Source of the DNA: Gemmatimonas sp.
GTDB taxonomy: Bacteria; Gemmatimonadota; Gemmatimonadetes; Gemmatimonadales; Gemmatimonadaceae
Reading direction: 5' to 3'
Length of the DNA stretch: 64,000 bases
Assembly: GCA_965279375.1 (NCBI GenBank)
Contig: OZ257156.1
Coordinates: forward strand, 2,016,001 to 2,080,000
Part shown: piece by piece, positions 1-10,159 of the stretch
Layout of the letters: every line of letters begins with the position of its first letter
Position numbering within the stretch: the stretch's first letter is position 1
Program-made: the position numbers and the translations under genes
Notes under the pieces: model-generated
The model's database searches: none
Told to the model about the DNA's origin: nothing
The model's input: the letters and a program-made list of their open reading frames with translations, nothing else

Positions 1-1
1 C

Positions 2-223
2 GACGCCGTGTTCGAAGTGGCGGTGACGGCGGAGAGCGGGCCAATGGTGCTCCGCCGTCCGCGGAGCCAGCCCATCATCCTGGTCGCGAACACGAACGTC
101 CGCGAGTATCAGGCAGGCCCTAACCTCGTCCTGCACTTCGATGCGCCCGTGCGCGGAACGGCACCGGGGTTCACGCTCGATGGCGGACGCGTGCAGGGCA
201 TTCGCTTCGTACTCGTGCCCTAG
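2..223 (+). CDS. 3' end of a gene that starts before the window; possibly the C-terminal beta domain of a serine hydrolase
   Basis: Frame open from base 2 (DAVFEVAV...GFTLDGGRVQGIRFVLVP*), followed by a strong hairpin. Confidence 0.5.
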   Translation, partial: DAVFEVAVTAESGPMVLRRPRSQPIILVANTNVREYQAGPNLVLHFDAPVRGTAPGFTLDGGRVQGIRFVLVP

Positions 224-231
224 TAAGAATG

Positions 232-273
232 GCGAACGCCGCCGTCGGAGTTGCTCCCGACGGCGGCGTTCGC
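232..273. terminator. 17-bp stem hairpin between convergent genes
   Basis: GCGAACGCCGCCGTCGG (232-248) / CCGACGGCGGCGTTCGC (257-273). Confidence 0.7.
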
Positions 274-304
274 ACATAAGCTTCGGTACGACCTACGAGA
301 CGAG

Positions 305-1606
305 CTACGGCACGACCTTGGCGGGCGGCATCGTCTTGATGCCGTCAGCGAACGTGGCGGCGAGCAGATAGAGCAGCTTGGTGGACGGCAGTGCCGACGA
401 GGCGAGCGCATACTCGGTCAGCTGATGCGCGCCGTTTGCCTTGGACCCACCGATCGCGATGCTCGGGATCTTGCGCACTACGCCGGGATTTGCGTCCGTC
501 GCCCCAGTGGCCACCGCTTCACGCGCACCGGGCATGCCTGAGCTCATGCCCAACGCCCGGTTGATGTCGATCGCCGTCTGCACGATGGGATGCGCGCGCG
601 CGCCTTCGAGCATCTTCTCGGTGCCGCCAGCGCCGCTCTTCTGTTCGATCTCCACACGCAGGCCGACCTTCTGTTTGTCGGCGACTTCCTTGGTGATGCG
701 CGTGATCGTGCGATCGAGCGAATCAAGCAGCGCCGGGTCGGAGCTGCGCAGGTCGACGGTGAAGTAGAGCTCCTGCGGCACGGCGTTGAAGATGTTGCCG
801 CCATGGATCTGCCCGATGTTCATCACCGCGCCGTCCGGCAGGGCGGGGAACTGCAGTTCATACAGACGATTGATCGCTTCCGCCACCGCCTTGACCGGCG
901 TGGCGATGCCGCGCGACGCGAGCGTGTGTGCGCCCGGGTGCGTGAAGACGTACCGGGTCCAGTAGATACCAAGGGCGCCATACGCCACGCTGCCGTACGC
1001 GCCATCGGGCACGATGAGCAGGTCTGGCTTGGGATTGTGCTGCAGCCAGTACTCCATCCCCTTGAGGCCGAGCTCTTCCTGCACGGTGGCGATGAAGATG
1101 ATGTCGCCCTTGCTGGTGAACTTGGTGGCGTTCATCGCGCGTAGCGTGGCCAGCATGTTCGCCACCGACGCGGTGTTGTCGCCAATGCCCGGTGCAAACA
1201 GCGTGTCGCCGGAGCGTCGCACCTTGGTGTTCGTTTCCGGCGGGAAGACGATGTCGGTGTGCGCGGCAATCACGATCGTGGGGCCGCCGCCGGTGCCCTT
1301 ACGCACGCCGGTCACGTTGCCGATCGAATCCGTCGTGACCTTGAGCCCTTCCTTGGTGAACACCGACTTCACGTACGCGCCGCGCGCCTGCTCCAACCGC
1401 GACTTGCCGGGCATCTCCGCAATGCGAATCCACTCGGCCTGCTGCTGCGGGAACTGCTGCTCGAGGCGCGCCATTGCCGCCTTCACGTCGGCGCGCTGCA
1501 TGAGAGCCGGGTCCCAACTCGTGGGATACTGCTGTGCGGCGAGTGGTGCGGCAGACGCCGCAGCGCAAAGCGCGGCGAGGGCAACACTCTTCGTAGCGAC
1601 CTTCAT
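305..1606 (-). CDS. Exported M20/M25/M40 family metallopeptidase
   Basis: AHTD, GIGDN and QEELG motifs, C-terminal H; signal peptide from MKVATKS (ATG at 1606). Confidence 0.85.
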   Translation of the reverse strand: MKVATKSVALAALCAAASAAPLAAQQYPTSWDPALMQRADVKAAMARLEQQFPQQQAEWIRIAEMPGKSRLEQARGAYVKSVFTKEGLKVTTDSIGNVTGVRKGTGGGPTIVIAAHTDIVFPPETNTKVRRSGDTLFAPGIGDNTASVANMLATLRAMNATKFTSKGDIIFIATVQEELGLKGMEYWLQHNPKPDLLIVPDGAYGSVAYGALGIYWTRYVFTHPGAHTLASRGIATPVKAVAEAINRLYELQFPALPDGAVMNIGQIHGGNIFNAVPQELYFTVDLRSSDPALLDSLDRTITRITKEVADKQKVGLRVEIEQKSGAGGTEKMLEGARAHPIVQTAIDINRALGMSSGMPGAREAVATGATDANPGVVRKIPSIAIGGSKANGAHQLTEYALASSALPSTKLLYLLAATFADGIKTMPPAKVVP

Positions 1607-1626
1607 GGCAACCTTCGCAACGCGCT

Positions 1627-3150
1627 TCACGAGGCAAGCACCGGCAACATGCGGATCTTCTCCTGCCACTCACGTGGACCTGTTTCATGCACGTTGCTCC
1701 CGGCGGCATCCACCGCGACGGTCACCGGCATGTCGTGCACATCGAACTCGTAAATCGCTTCCATGCCCAAATCTTCGAAGGCCACGACGCGCGACGAACG
1801 AATCGCCTTGGACACGAGATACGCCGCACCGCCCACGGCCATCAGGTACGCGGCCTTGTGCTTGCGAATCGCCTCGAGTCCCGTCGGTCCGCGTTCGGCC
1901 TTGCCGATCATCGAGATAAGTCCCGTCTTCTCGAGCATCATCTCCGTGAACTTGTCCATGCGCGTCGCCGTTGTCGGACCCGCGGGCCCGACCGCTTCGT
2001 CGCGTACGGGATCGACGGGCCCAACGTAGTAAATCACGCGGTTCGTGAAGTCCACGCCCGAAGGAAGCCCTTCACCACTCGCGAACAGATCGGCGATGCG
2101 CTTGTGCGCCGCGTCGCGACCTGTGAGCAGCTTGCCATTGAGCAGCAGGCGATCGCCGGCCTTCCAGGTGGCCACGATTTCCGGCGTGAGCGTGTCGAGG
2201 TCCACGTGCTTGGCGTTCACATCGGGACGCCACGTGACGTCGGGCCAGTCCGAGAGACTGGGAATCGGCAGCTGTGCGACGCCACTGCCATCCAGCGTGA
2301 AGTGCGCGTGCCGCGTGGCCGCGCAGTTGGGGATCATCGCGATGGGCTTGGATGCAGCGTGTGTCGGGAAGTCGAAGATCTTCACGTCGAGCACGGTGGA
2401 GAGCCCACCGAGCCCCTGCGCGCCGATGCCAAGCGCGTTGACCTTGTCGAAGAGTTCGATGCGCAGCTCTTCGATCTTGTTCTGCGGACCGCGCGCCTTG
2501 AGCTGCGCCATGTCGATGTGCTCCATGAGCGATTCTTTCGCCATGAGCATCGCCTTGTCCGCCGTACCGCCGATGCCGATGCCAAGCATGCCGGGCGGGC
2601 ACCAGCCGGCGCCCATTGTTGGCACCGTCTTCATCACCCAATCGACGATGGAGTCACTCGGATTGAGCATCGCGAACTTGCTCTTGTTCTCCGAGCCACC
2701 GCCCTTGGCGGCCAGCTTCACCTCGACCGTGTCGCCTTGCACGATCTCGACATGCACAACGGCGGGAGTGTTGTCGCGCGTGTTCTTACGCGAGAACGCA
2801 GGATCGGCCACGATGGAGGCGCGCAGCACATTATCCGGCTGCAGATAGGCGCGACGTACGCCTTCGTTCACCATCTCTTGCAACGACAGCGTGGCATCCC
2901 AGCGCACGTTCATGCCGACCTTCACGAACACCACCACGATGCCGGTGTCCTGGCAGATCGGTCGGTGCCCTTCGGCGCACATGCGGGAGTTGGTGAGGAT
3001 CTGCGCGATCGCGTCCTTCGCCGCTGGTCCCTGCTCTTTCTCATACGCGTCGGCCAGCGCGTGGATGTAGTCGAGCGGGTGATAGTACGAAATGTGCTGC
3101 AGCGCGTCCGCGACGGACTGGATGAAGTCGGCCTGGGTGATGGTAGTCAT
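1627..3150 (-). CDS. fumA: Class I (Fe-S) fumarate hydratase
   Basis: RPICQDTG, KGGGSEN, GWCPPG, GRDAAHKR, GPTTATRMD; start MTTITQADF at 3150. Confidence 0.93.
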   Translation of the reverse strand: MTTITQADFIQSVADALQHISYYHPLDYIHALADAYEKEQGPAAKDAIAQILTNSRMCAEGHRPICQDTGIVVVFVKVGMNVRWDATLSLQEMVNEGVRRAYLQPDNVLRASIVADPAFSRKNTRDNTPAVVHVEIVQGDTVEVKLAAKGGGSENKSKFAMLNPSDSIVDWVMKTVPTMGAGWCPPGMLGIGIGGTADKAMLMAKESLMEHIDMAQLKARGPQNKIEELRIELFDKVNALGIGAQGLGGLSTVLDVKIFDFPTHAASKPIAMIPNCAATRHAHFTLDGSGVAQLPIPSLSDWPDVTWRPDVNAKHVDLDTLTPEIVATWKAGDRLLLNGKLLTGRDAAHKRIADLFASGEGLPSGVDFTNRVIYYVGPVDPVRDEAVGPAGPTTATRMDKFTEMMLEKTGLISMIGKAERGPTGLEAIRKHKAAYLMAVGGAAYLVSKAIRSSRVVAFEDLGMEAIYEFDVHDMPVTVAVDAAGSNVHETGPREWQEKIRMLPVLAS

Positions 3151-3285
3151 GCCCGGAAAAATACACGCCGATTCGCATCCAAGAGCAGCGAGGGACCGTA
3201 CTACAGGGCAGACGGTATGACCATGGCGGCGGGTCGGTCGTCCTGCTCGTATCGGCGGTTCCAATCACGGTAGTCCGAGGTGCTC

Positions 3286-3807
3286 ATGTCTGGTCAATGG
3301 TGGCGGAGTCTGGGTGTGGCGCTCGTGCTCTTTCCTGCAGCGCTCCAGGCGCAGGACGCTCGGGGCGGAGCCAAGCCCGTGCCCGACCGCCTGCCCAGCT
3401 ATCGGCTGACGGACCAGTTCAACCGACTGATGACCGATGAATCCCTGCGCCGGCAGGCCTCAATCCTGATCGTGGCGGGGCGCAGCGGCGCGGCGGCTGC
3501 CGAACGCTGGACCAAGAGCCTCCGCGAAACGCTGCCGTCGTCTGACGCGCTGGTGGTAGCCATTGCCGACCTGCAGGGCGCACCGCGCATGCTGCGCGGG
3601 TTCATCCGCAGCATGTTCCCCAAGGATTCCAGCGCCTCAGTCGTGCTCGACTGGGACGGCGCGATCGGCCGCCCGATCCGCGGCGAAAAGGCCGCCGTCA
3701 TCGCCGCGGTGTACGGCGCCGATGGTCGACTGCGCGAGTGGATTTCGCTCCCCACGGCCACACCCGACGTCGCCACCATCAAGCGTCTGGTCGCAGCGGT
3801 GAACTGA
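3286..3807 (+). CDS. Exported hypothetical protein, thioredoxin/redoxin-like fold without CxxC
   Basis: Signal peptide ending ALQA; LTDQF and VVLDWDG segments resemble redoxin-like proteins. Confidence 0.55.
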   Translation: MSGQWWRSLGVALVLFPAALQAQDARGGAKPVPDRLPSYRLTDQFNRLMTDESLRRQASILIVAGRSGAAAAERWTKSLRETLPSSDALVVAIADLQGAPRMLRGFIRSMFPKDSSASVVLDWDGAIGRPIRGEKAAVIAAVYGADGRLREWISLPTATPDVATIKRLVAAVN

Positions 3808-3826
3808 CCGCGCTGCCAGCGCGCCG

Positions 3827-5023
3827 CTAGGCTCTACTCCACGGCGCGCGAAACGCGTCGAGTGACACGCGCGGCACTTCATCGCGCATCAGCGACGCGA
3901 CAGACTCGCCGATGGCCGCCGAGTGCTTGAAGCCGTGTCCAGAGCATGGTGAGACCACCAGTACCTGTGACTGCTCAGGTACTGTGTCGATGATGAAGTC
4001 GAAATCGGGCGCGATGGTGTACAGACACGTCGCGGTGCGCAGCACCTCCGGCGCCAGCGACGGAAAACAGGGCGAGACGTACTGCGTGAACAGCCGCGAT
4101 GTCTCCTCGGCGGTCACCTCGCGGCGAATGGTATCCGCGGTGATGTGCTCTTCGTAGAACTCGGCTGCCACCTTCACGCCGCCCTCCGCACCGTCCACCG
4201 CGGGGAAGCCGTACACGTCGTGATTGTCTTCGCGCACCCAGATGTGCACGGGGCAATTGGCGGGTTCGAAATCGGTGACGGCGCCGTTCACTGCGAACCA
4301 GCACAACACCTGCCGTACGACGATGAAGTGCTGACGCACCGTCTCTGGTAGCGCAGGCGCGATCCACGCGCCCATGGAGAGAACGAGCTTGCGCGTGATG
4401 TAGCTGCCGCCACTCGTCTGCACGTGCACGAGTCCGTTTGCGTCGATGTCGTAGCGCAGAAACTGCTCGTGTCGATGAATCTCCGCGCCATGTGCGGCGG
4501 CCAGCGCGAGCTGCCGTCGCACGCATTCTTCGGGCCGAACGAAGCCGCCACTCGGCTCGAACAGCGCACGCTCGCTGTCGCGCATGTTGAAGACCGGAAA
4601 CCGACGACGCACCGTGGCCGCGTCGAGCGACTCGAGCGGGATTCCAAATGCGTCGGCGGATTCCTGCGTGCGCTTGAGGAAGCCCGGCTTGCCGTGAATC
4701 GCGAGATTGTCGTCGGCCGGCGCGATGTACAGCGCGCCACACTGCGTCAGCAACGACGCGCCAGTCTCCGCCTCGATCTCGCGCCAGATCTCGTGCGAAC
4801 GGATCGCCAGTGGCGAGTACTGCGAACCCTCGCCTATCGCGAGTCGTGTAATGCGTGTGTCGCCATGCGTGGAACCCATCGCGTGCGGCGGATCGAAGCG
4901 ATCGATACCAAGCACGCGCGAACCCTTCTTCGCCAGTTGATAGGTTGTCGCCGCACCAGCGGCACCGAGCCCAATGACGATGGTGTCGTACGGCGTGTCA
5001 CCCTGCGCGTCGTGAAGCGGCAT
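3827..5023 (-). CDS. solA: N-methyl-L-tryptophan oxidase / monomeric sarcosine oxidase
   Basis: GLGAAG FAD motif, GSTHGDTRITR, TCLYT, CSGHGFK. Confidence 0.9.
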   Translation of the reverse strand: MPLHDAQGDTPYDTIVIGLGAAGAATTYQLAKKGSRVLGIDRFDPPHAMGSTHGDTRITRLAIGEGSQYSPLAIRSHEIWREIEAETGASLLTQCGALYIAPADDNLAIHGKPGFLKRTQESADAFGIPLESLDAATVRRRFPVFNMRDSERALFEPSGGFVRPEECVRRQLALAAAHGAEIHRHEQFLRYDIDANGLVHVQTSGGSYITRKLVLSMGAWIAPALPETVRQHFIVVRQVLCWFAVNGAVTDFEPANCPVHIWVREDNHDVYGFPAVDGAEGGVKVAAEFYEEHITADTIRREVTAEETSRLFTQYVSPCFPSLAPEVLRTATCLYTIAPDFDFIIDTVPEQSQVLVVSPCSGHGFKHSAAIGESVASLMRDEVPRVSLDAFRAPWSRA

Positions 5024-5065
5024 GGAAGCTCGTCTGCAATTCGTCTGGAAGTTCGTACGGGACGA

Positions 5066-5935
5066 CTACGTGGTCGATGGACGCAGCGCCGCCGAGCGTG
5101 GTGCCTTGCGCGCATGTGCACGCGTGCGACGCCAGGCTTCCCACACGTTGGCGACCAACAAACCTGCCAGCAGAAAATAGACAGCGCCAACCAGTTCGAA
5201 TACCGCGAAACTCACCACGGCGACGATGACGCCGTACACCAGCTGATCGCGATGCTTGGGGGGCGACGTCGGCGGATCGGTCACCATGAAGAACGCAAAG
5301 AACAGTGCCGCGTGCAGATCAGGTGCGCGATACAGTTCGGCCACGGTCCCTGGGTTGCCGCCGAATGCTGCCACCGTCGCCAACAGGTAATACGTGCCGA
5401 GGAACGCCAATACCAATGGCATCTTGTTCACGCGATCGGTGATGAACACGCCGGTGGCCAGCAGCAATGCCAATGTGAGCGGCGGCAACTCCGGCAGCGC
5501 GCCCCACCAGCTCTGCCCCGTGTCGAACATGTAGAACGTCGCGACGAGGGCCAGTGCTGCAGGATTGAAGACGTTCGCCGAACGGGTGCGCGCGACGTAT
5601 TTGCTCAACACCCCAACGGCTGCGGTGATGGCGACCACATGCCACGGCTCATGCGGGCTGAGCACCATGGCCACCAGCAGCCCTGTCAGTAGCGCGCCGC
5701 TCGGCAGCTCCCAGTGCCCTTCCCGCCAGCGCAGAATGGGCGCATCCACGAGCATCGCGACGACGGCCGCAGAGAGCACGCCCGGTGCCACCAGTGCAAA
5801 GCCCTCGCCCGTTGCCGCCGCGAGCACCAGCACGACGAGCACGATCGTCAACACGCCCTTTGGAGTGCGGAAGAAGCGGCGCGCCGAATCGGTCCACGTG
5901 CGCTTGATCGGCTCGTGCGGGTGATGCTCAGACAT
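5066..5935 (-). CDS. RnfD/NqrB-like polytopic membrane protein
   Basis: SGALLTGLL, SKY...NVFNPAA, FFAFFMVTDPPTSP; many hydrophobic segments. Confidence 0.8.
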   Translation of the reverse strand: MSEHHPHEPIKRTWTDSARRFFRTPKGVLTIVLVVLVLAAATGEGFALVAPGVLSAAVVAMLVDAPILRWREGHWELPSGALLTGLLVAMVLSPHEPWHVVAITAAVGVLSKYVARTRSANVFNPAALALVATFYMFDTGQSWWGALPELPPLTLALLLATGVFITDRVNKMPLVLAFLGTYYLLATVAAFGGNPGTVAELYRAPDLHAALFFAFFMVTDPPTSPPKHRDQLVYGVIVAVVSFAVFELVGAVYFLLAGLLVANVWEAWRRTRAHARKAPRSAALRPSTT

Positions 5936-5947
5936 CGTGAGACGGGC

Positions 5948-6895
5948 TCATGAACGCTCGGAGACGCGCGCGCGCCCGACCGGAAGGACGAGCGGTGATC
6001 CGACAGTGATTCGTTCCAGCGTCGGAGAAACGAGCAGCGCATCGACGCCCTGCGCATCGAGCAGCGCGGCACCTGCAACTGGCCCCAGTGCGAATGCGGC
6101 CGTCGCCAGCGCATCGGCAACCATCGCTGACTCGGCGATCACCGTCACGCTCGCCAGCGCTTCGGCAGGTGCACCACGACGCGCGTCGAGCAGATGATGC
6201 GCGCCGGACGCCGAGCGTCCTTCATAGTCGCCCGATGTGCACACCGCACAGTTGAGAACGGACAGTGCATCGAGAGTCTGCGTGGTATCGCGCGGATGTC
6301 GGATGCCGACTTGCCACGCCTCACCGTTGGCGTTGTGGCCACTCAGATAGAGATCGCCGCCCGCATCGATCGCAAAGTCGCCAAAGGGGGCCAGCTCCGC
6401 CTTCGCGAGGTCGATCGCCAGGCCTTTCGCCACTGCACCCAGGTCGAGCAGCAGCGGCTTGTCGATGGTCACCGTCGATCGCTCTGCGTCGAGTCTGATA
6501 TCACGCCAGCTCACCGACTGCCGCGCGATGTTCGACGATACGACGACGTCGCGGCGATACTCGCGGTTGAAGCCCAACTGCTCCATGGGCACGCCGACGG
6601 TAGGATCGAATGCGCCATCGCTGGCGTCCGCAACGCTGCACGCGAAGTGCAACGCATGAAAGAGCAGCGGGCTGACCACGATCTCCTCGCCCACGTGCAA
6701 GGAGAGCGCTCGGAGCTCACTCGTGATCTCGAAGCGCGAGCAGGTAGCCTCGACCTGATGAAACCAGTTGTACGCGCGCGCGACGGCACGACGACGCTCC
6801 TGCTGTTCCTCGAGCGTTGTACCATGCCCCACGATCTGCATCGTCACCACCGTCCCCATCAACGCGGCAGTCTCGATGTAGCTCGTGTCGTTCAC
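5948..6895 (-). CDS. apbE: FAD:protein FMN transferase (ApbE)
   Basis: MGT, GAFDPTV, DLGAVAKG, DAGGD, TSGDYE, HHLLD, ADALATA; GTG start overlaps upstream stop (GTGA, 6892-6895). Confidence 0.92.
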   Translation of the reverse strand: MNDTSYIETAALMGTVVTMQIVGHGTTLEEQQERRRAVARAYNWFHQVEATCSRFEITSELRALSLHVGEEIVVSPLLFHALHFACSVADASDGAFDPTVGVPMEQLGFNREYRRDVVVSSNIARQSVSWRDIRLDAERSTVTIDKPLLLDLGAVAKGLAIDLAKAELAPFGDFAIDAGGDLYLSGHNANGEAWQVGIRHPRDTTQTLDALSVLNCAVCTSGDYEGRSASGAHHLLDARRGAPAEALASVTVIAESAMVADALATAAFALGPVAGAALLDAQGVDALLVSPTLERITVGSPLVLPVGRARVSERS

Positions 6896-7713
6896 TTCGC
6901 CTTGAGCAGTGCGTCCACGACGGCGTAGTAGTACGCGTTCGTGCTTTGCGTGGCGCCGGAGACGTAGTCCACGTCGGCGCTCTGTCGTGCGATGACCTGA
7001 GCGGGCAGCGCGGAGATCCACGAACACGAATAGCGCGTGAGGCACTGCGCGATGCGCGCCGACACGATGCGTCCGCCCTGTATCTCCACTTCGGCTTGTA
7101 TGTCGCCGTGGCGCGATGTGCCCCAGCCGAAGTACACGCCGTCGCTGTAGCCGACCTTCTTGGGCGGCGCGGCCGCTTCCACAGGAGCAGCAACTGGCGC
7201 CGCAGGCGGCGGCGTGACGGGTGCGGGCGCGGGGGCAGCGATCGGCGCAGGCGTGGCCGCAACGACGGGCGTCGGATCGGCGGGAGCGGGGGGGCTGACG
7301 ACGGGCGCGGCGGCGATGGTTGGCGCTGGCTCGGCGGCCGACACGGGAGTGGTCTCAGGCGTCGCGGATCTGTTCCGATCGTTGCCACTCTTCCGAAGAG
7401 CCGTGTCGGAGGCGGTCGCCGTTGGTGCGATCACCGCCGCGGCGGTCACCGCCGCTGCGGCGGACGCGTTCGTCTTGTCCGACACTCCGACGGCGCGCTC
7501 GGCCGACTGCGGAACGGAACCCGGCCCTTCTGCTTCGAGCGATGCGGGTCCGCGCAGTTGACCGGAGGGGCGGCGCACGGCGCTCTCGTCGGAGAATCGC
7601 TGCGCCGCCGCGCGCGTTCGCGCAAAACCAGCCGAATACACGGCCAGCACCGCGGCAGAGCCGAGTGCGACCAGGTTGTTCGTGCTGGCCTTGGAACGGG
7701 ATCGACCGGACAT
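6892..7713 (-). CDS. Membrane-anchored FMN-binding protein with long Pro/Ala linker
   Basis: N-terminal hydrophobic helix; YSDGVYFG; flavinylation motif VDYVSGAT. Confidence 0.88.
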   Translation of the reverse strand: MSGRSRSKASTNNLVALGSAAVLAVYSAGFARTRAAAQRFSDESAVRRPSGQLRGPASLEAEGPGSVPQSAERAVGVSDKTNASAAAAVTAAAVIAPTATASDTALRKSGNDRNRSATPETTPVSAAEPAPTIAAAPVVSPPAPADPTPVVAATPAPIAAPAPAPVTPPPAAPVAAPVEAAAPPKKVGYSDGVYFGWGTSRHGDIQAEVEIQGGRIVSARIAQCLTRYSCSWISALPAQVIARQSADVDYVSGATQSTNAYYYAVVDALLKAK

Positions 7714-7778
7714 CAGCTATCGGATCACGGAAGACGACATGGGAACGAGAGGCGACCGGCGCTACGGGCGTGCTTCAG

Positions 7779-9245
7779 TTACGGCACCGGCGTCGGATTC
7801 GTTGCCAGCAGCTTGGTCAGCCGGTACAGGAACTCCTGCCCCTCGTAGTATGACTGGATGCGCATCCGCTCGTCGCGACCGTGGGCGCGGGCGTCCACGC
7901 TGGGGTCCATGAAGAGGCCGGAGACGCCGTATGACGGCACGCCGATCGCGAGGAAGAAGCGCGAGTCGTTGGCGCCGGTGGACATCGTGGGGATCACCGG
8001 AATCTTGCCGAAGAGATCCTTCGTGATCTGCGCGACGGGGCCCATGATCTCGGGCGACATCGTCGCGGGCGGCGACGACGGACGCTGCGACTTGATCAGC
8101 ACCTTCACCGTGGTGTCGCGGATCGCCTTTTCGAGCGCAACGCGCACCTCCTCGGCCGTCTCGGTTGGATAGATGCGGCAATTGACGTTCGCTTCGGCGA
8201 GCTGCGGCAACGCATTGGTGGCATGTCCGCCCGAGAGCATGGTGGCGACGCAGGTGGTGCGCAGCATCGAGCTGTACTTCTCGTCGGCGGCGACGACGGC
8301 GACGGCGGCCTTGTCGGCAGGATTCGTCACCAGCGCCTTCATCGCTCGACCCATCGCGGGAGTTTCAAGCGGTGCCGTCTGCGTGAAGAACGATCGCGTG
8401 ACTTCGCTGAGCTTCACCGGAAACTCGTAGCGGCCGACCTTGGCGAGCGCATCAGCCAGCGAGGTGATCGCATTGTCCGCGCGCGGCACCGACGAATGTC
8501 CGCCGCGATTGGTGACGTGCAGTGTGTAGTTGGTCGTGATCTTTTGCGCGAGCTGAATCGTGTTGAAGAGCGGCTTGCCATCGCGCAGCACACCGCCGCC
8601 GCCCTCGTTGATGACGATACCGGCGTCCACGAGATCGCGATGCTTGTCCACCAGCCATCCGGCGCCGTTGAACGGTCCGCTCTCCTCATCTGCCGTGAGT
8701 GCGATGATGATGTCGCGATCGGGTACATACCCTTCGGCCTTCATGCGAAAGAGATTCGCCACAAAGATCGACGCCATCGCCTTGTCGTCTGCGGTGCCGC
8801 GCGCGTAGTAGTAGCCGTCCTTCTCCGTGAACTTGAACGGATCGAACTCGGGCGACCAATCCGCCTTGAGCGCCTCCACTACGTCGATGTGCGCGAGCAG
8901 CAGCACTGGCTTGCGCCCCGCCGGATTCTTGCCGCGAATGCGCGCGACGACGTTGTGCTTTTCTGGCTGCGGACCGCCGACAAAGATGTCCGAGTCGGGG
9001 ATGCCCGCTTCACGAAAGCGCTTGGCCATCGCGATCGCGCCGTTGGTGATGTTGCCCGTGGTCACGCTGGTGTTGATCTCCACCAGCTCCTTGTAGATGT
9101 CGTGCGCCTTCTGCTGCATCGGCGTGAGCTTGCCCGGCGTGTATATCGGCGATGCGGGCGCTTGCGCGGTGGCAACAGCACTTGCTGTCACCGACAGCGA
9201 TACAACAGCAGCGAAACGAGCGAGAGCATGGCGAGATGCGATCAT
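7779..9245 (-). CDS. Exported M20/M25/M40 metallo-hydrolase
   Basis: LAHIDVV, RGTADDK, ADEE, GGHSSVP, AHGRDER; start MIASRHA at 9245. Confidence 0.9.
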   Translation of the reverse strand: MIASRHALARFAAVVSLSVTASAVATAQAPASPIYTPGKLTPMQQKAHDIYKELVEINTSVTTGNITNGAIAMAKRFREAGIPDSDIFVGGPQPEKHNVVARIRGKNPAGRKPVLLLAHIDVVEALKADWSPEFDPFKFTEKDGYYYARGTADDKAMASIFVANLFRMKAEGYVPDRDIIIALTADEESGPFNGAGWLVDKHRDLVDAGIVINEGGGGVLRDGKPLFNTIQLAQKITTNYTLHVTNRGGHSSVPRADNAITSLADALAKVGRYEFPVKLSEVTRSFFTQTAPLETPAMGRAMKALVTNPADKAAVAVVAADEKYSSMLRTTCVATMLSGGHATNALPQLAEANVNCRIYPTETAEEVRVALEKAIRDTTVKVLIKSQRPSSPPATMSPEIMGPVAQITKDLFGKIPVIPTMSTGANDSRFFLAIGVPSYGVSGLFMDPSVDARAHGRDERMRIQSYYEGQEFLYRLTKLLATNPTPVP

Positions 9246-9358
9246 GGCGAAGAGCTCGGCGTGGGACTCGACAGCGATGCGGAAGCGATACTGCGCAGGG
9301 ACCTGTGGCTCCTCCCGCGAATCTACATCCTCCGCGCTTGACTCGGCGCGCTCGCCGA

Positions 9359-9420
9359 GCGTAGGCTCCAAGCGTAGGCTCCAAGCGTAGGCTCCAAGCG
9401 TAGGCTCCAACCGTAGGCTC
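9359..9420. repeat. 13-bp tandem repeat, 4 perfect copies plus a partial
   Basis: (GCGTAGGCTCCAA)x4 then CCGTAGGCTC. Confidence 0.95.
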
Positions 9421-9573
9421 GCCGCGCACGATCAGGGTGCACGAATCTGGCGCTGCGCGGGACGACGCAGTGTGGTGATCCCGGGCGAAATGTTTTGGTG
9501 ACGGCCGCTTTGGCGACTGCGCGCATACCTGCCCCATGCGACGCAGACCCCTCTCGCCAAGGACATACCGAGC

Positions 9574-10131
9574 ATGCTCATGGCACAGACAACCGCGGGC
9601 TGGACGCTGGCCGACCTCGACCGACTCCCGGACGACGGCAACACGTACGAGCTGGTGGACGGGGAGCTGCTCGTGACGCCGGCACCGTCCACGGGGCACG
9701 AGGAGCTCGCGACCGAGCTGATGGCAATTCTCGTCCCGTACGTGCTGGCGCAACGACTCGGTCGCGTGCGCATGCCGCGGTCCGTCGTGCAGACACAAGG
9801 CTCCCAAGTGGAGCCGGATCTGATGGTACGCCCGGCCACGCCATCCCGTCCGCAGACCTGGGCAGAGATGCCGACGCCCTCGTTGGTCGTCGAGATCGCT
9901 TCGCGGACGACGCGCCGACGAGACAACGAACAGAAGCGCTCGTTCTACCTGCGCATCGGAGTGGCGGAATACTGGATCGTGGATCGCGAGACGCGCAGCA
10001 TTCGCGTGGTGAGACCGCAGTCGGAGGACGTCGTGGCGAAGACGGAGCTGGACTGGTGGCCAGAGGGTGCCGCAGAGCCGCTCTCGATCGACGTGGCGGC
10101 CTACTTCGACGCGGCGTTGGGTCCGGCGTAG
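9574..10131 (+). CDS. Uma2/DUF820 family putative endonuclease
   Basis: YELVDGEL..TPAP..H, VEPDL, LVVEIAS, K..Y..GVAEYWIVD. Confidence 0.9.
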   Translation: MLMAQTTAGWTLADLDRLPDDGNTYELVDGELLVTPAPSTGHEELATELMAILVPYVLAQRLGRVRMPRSVVQTQGSQVEPDLMVRPATPSRPQTWAEMPTPSLVVEIASRTTRRRDNEQKRSFYLRIGVAEYWIVDRETRSIRVVRPQSEDVVAKTELDWWPEGAAEPLSIDVAAYFDAALGPA

Positions 10132-10150
10132 CGGTCAGTCGCTACGCCGG
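10123..10150. terminator. Hairpin between convergent Uma2 and fccB
   Basis: CCGGCGTAGCG-gtcagt-CGCTACGCCGG. Confidence 0.65.
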
Positions 10151-10159
10151 CTCCCGTCG

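Noticed and set aside
9359..9420. CRISPR array
   Set aside because: Head-to-tail 13-mers with no spacers and no cas genes
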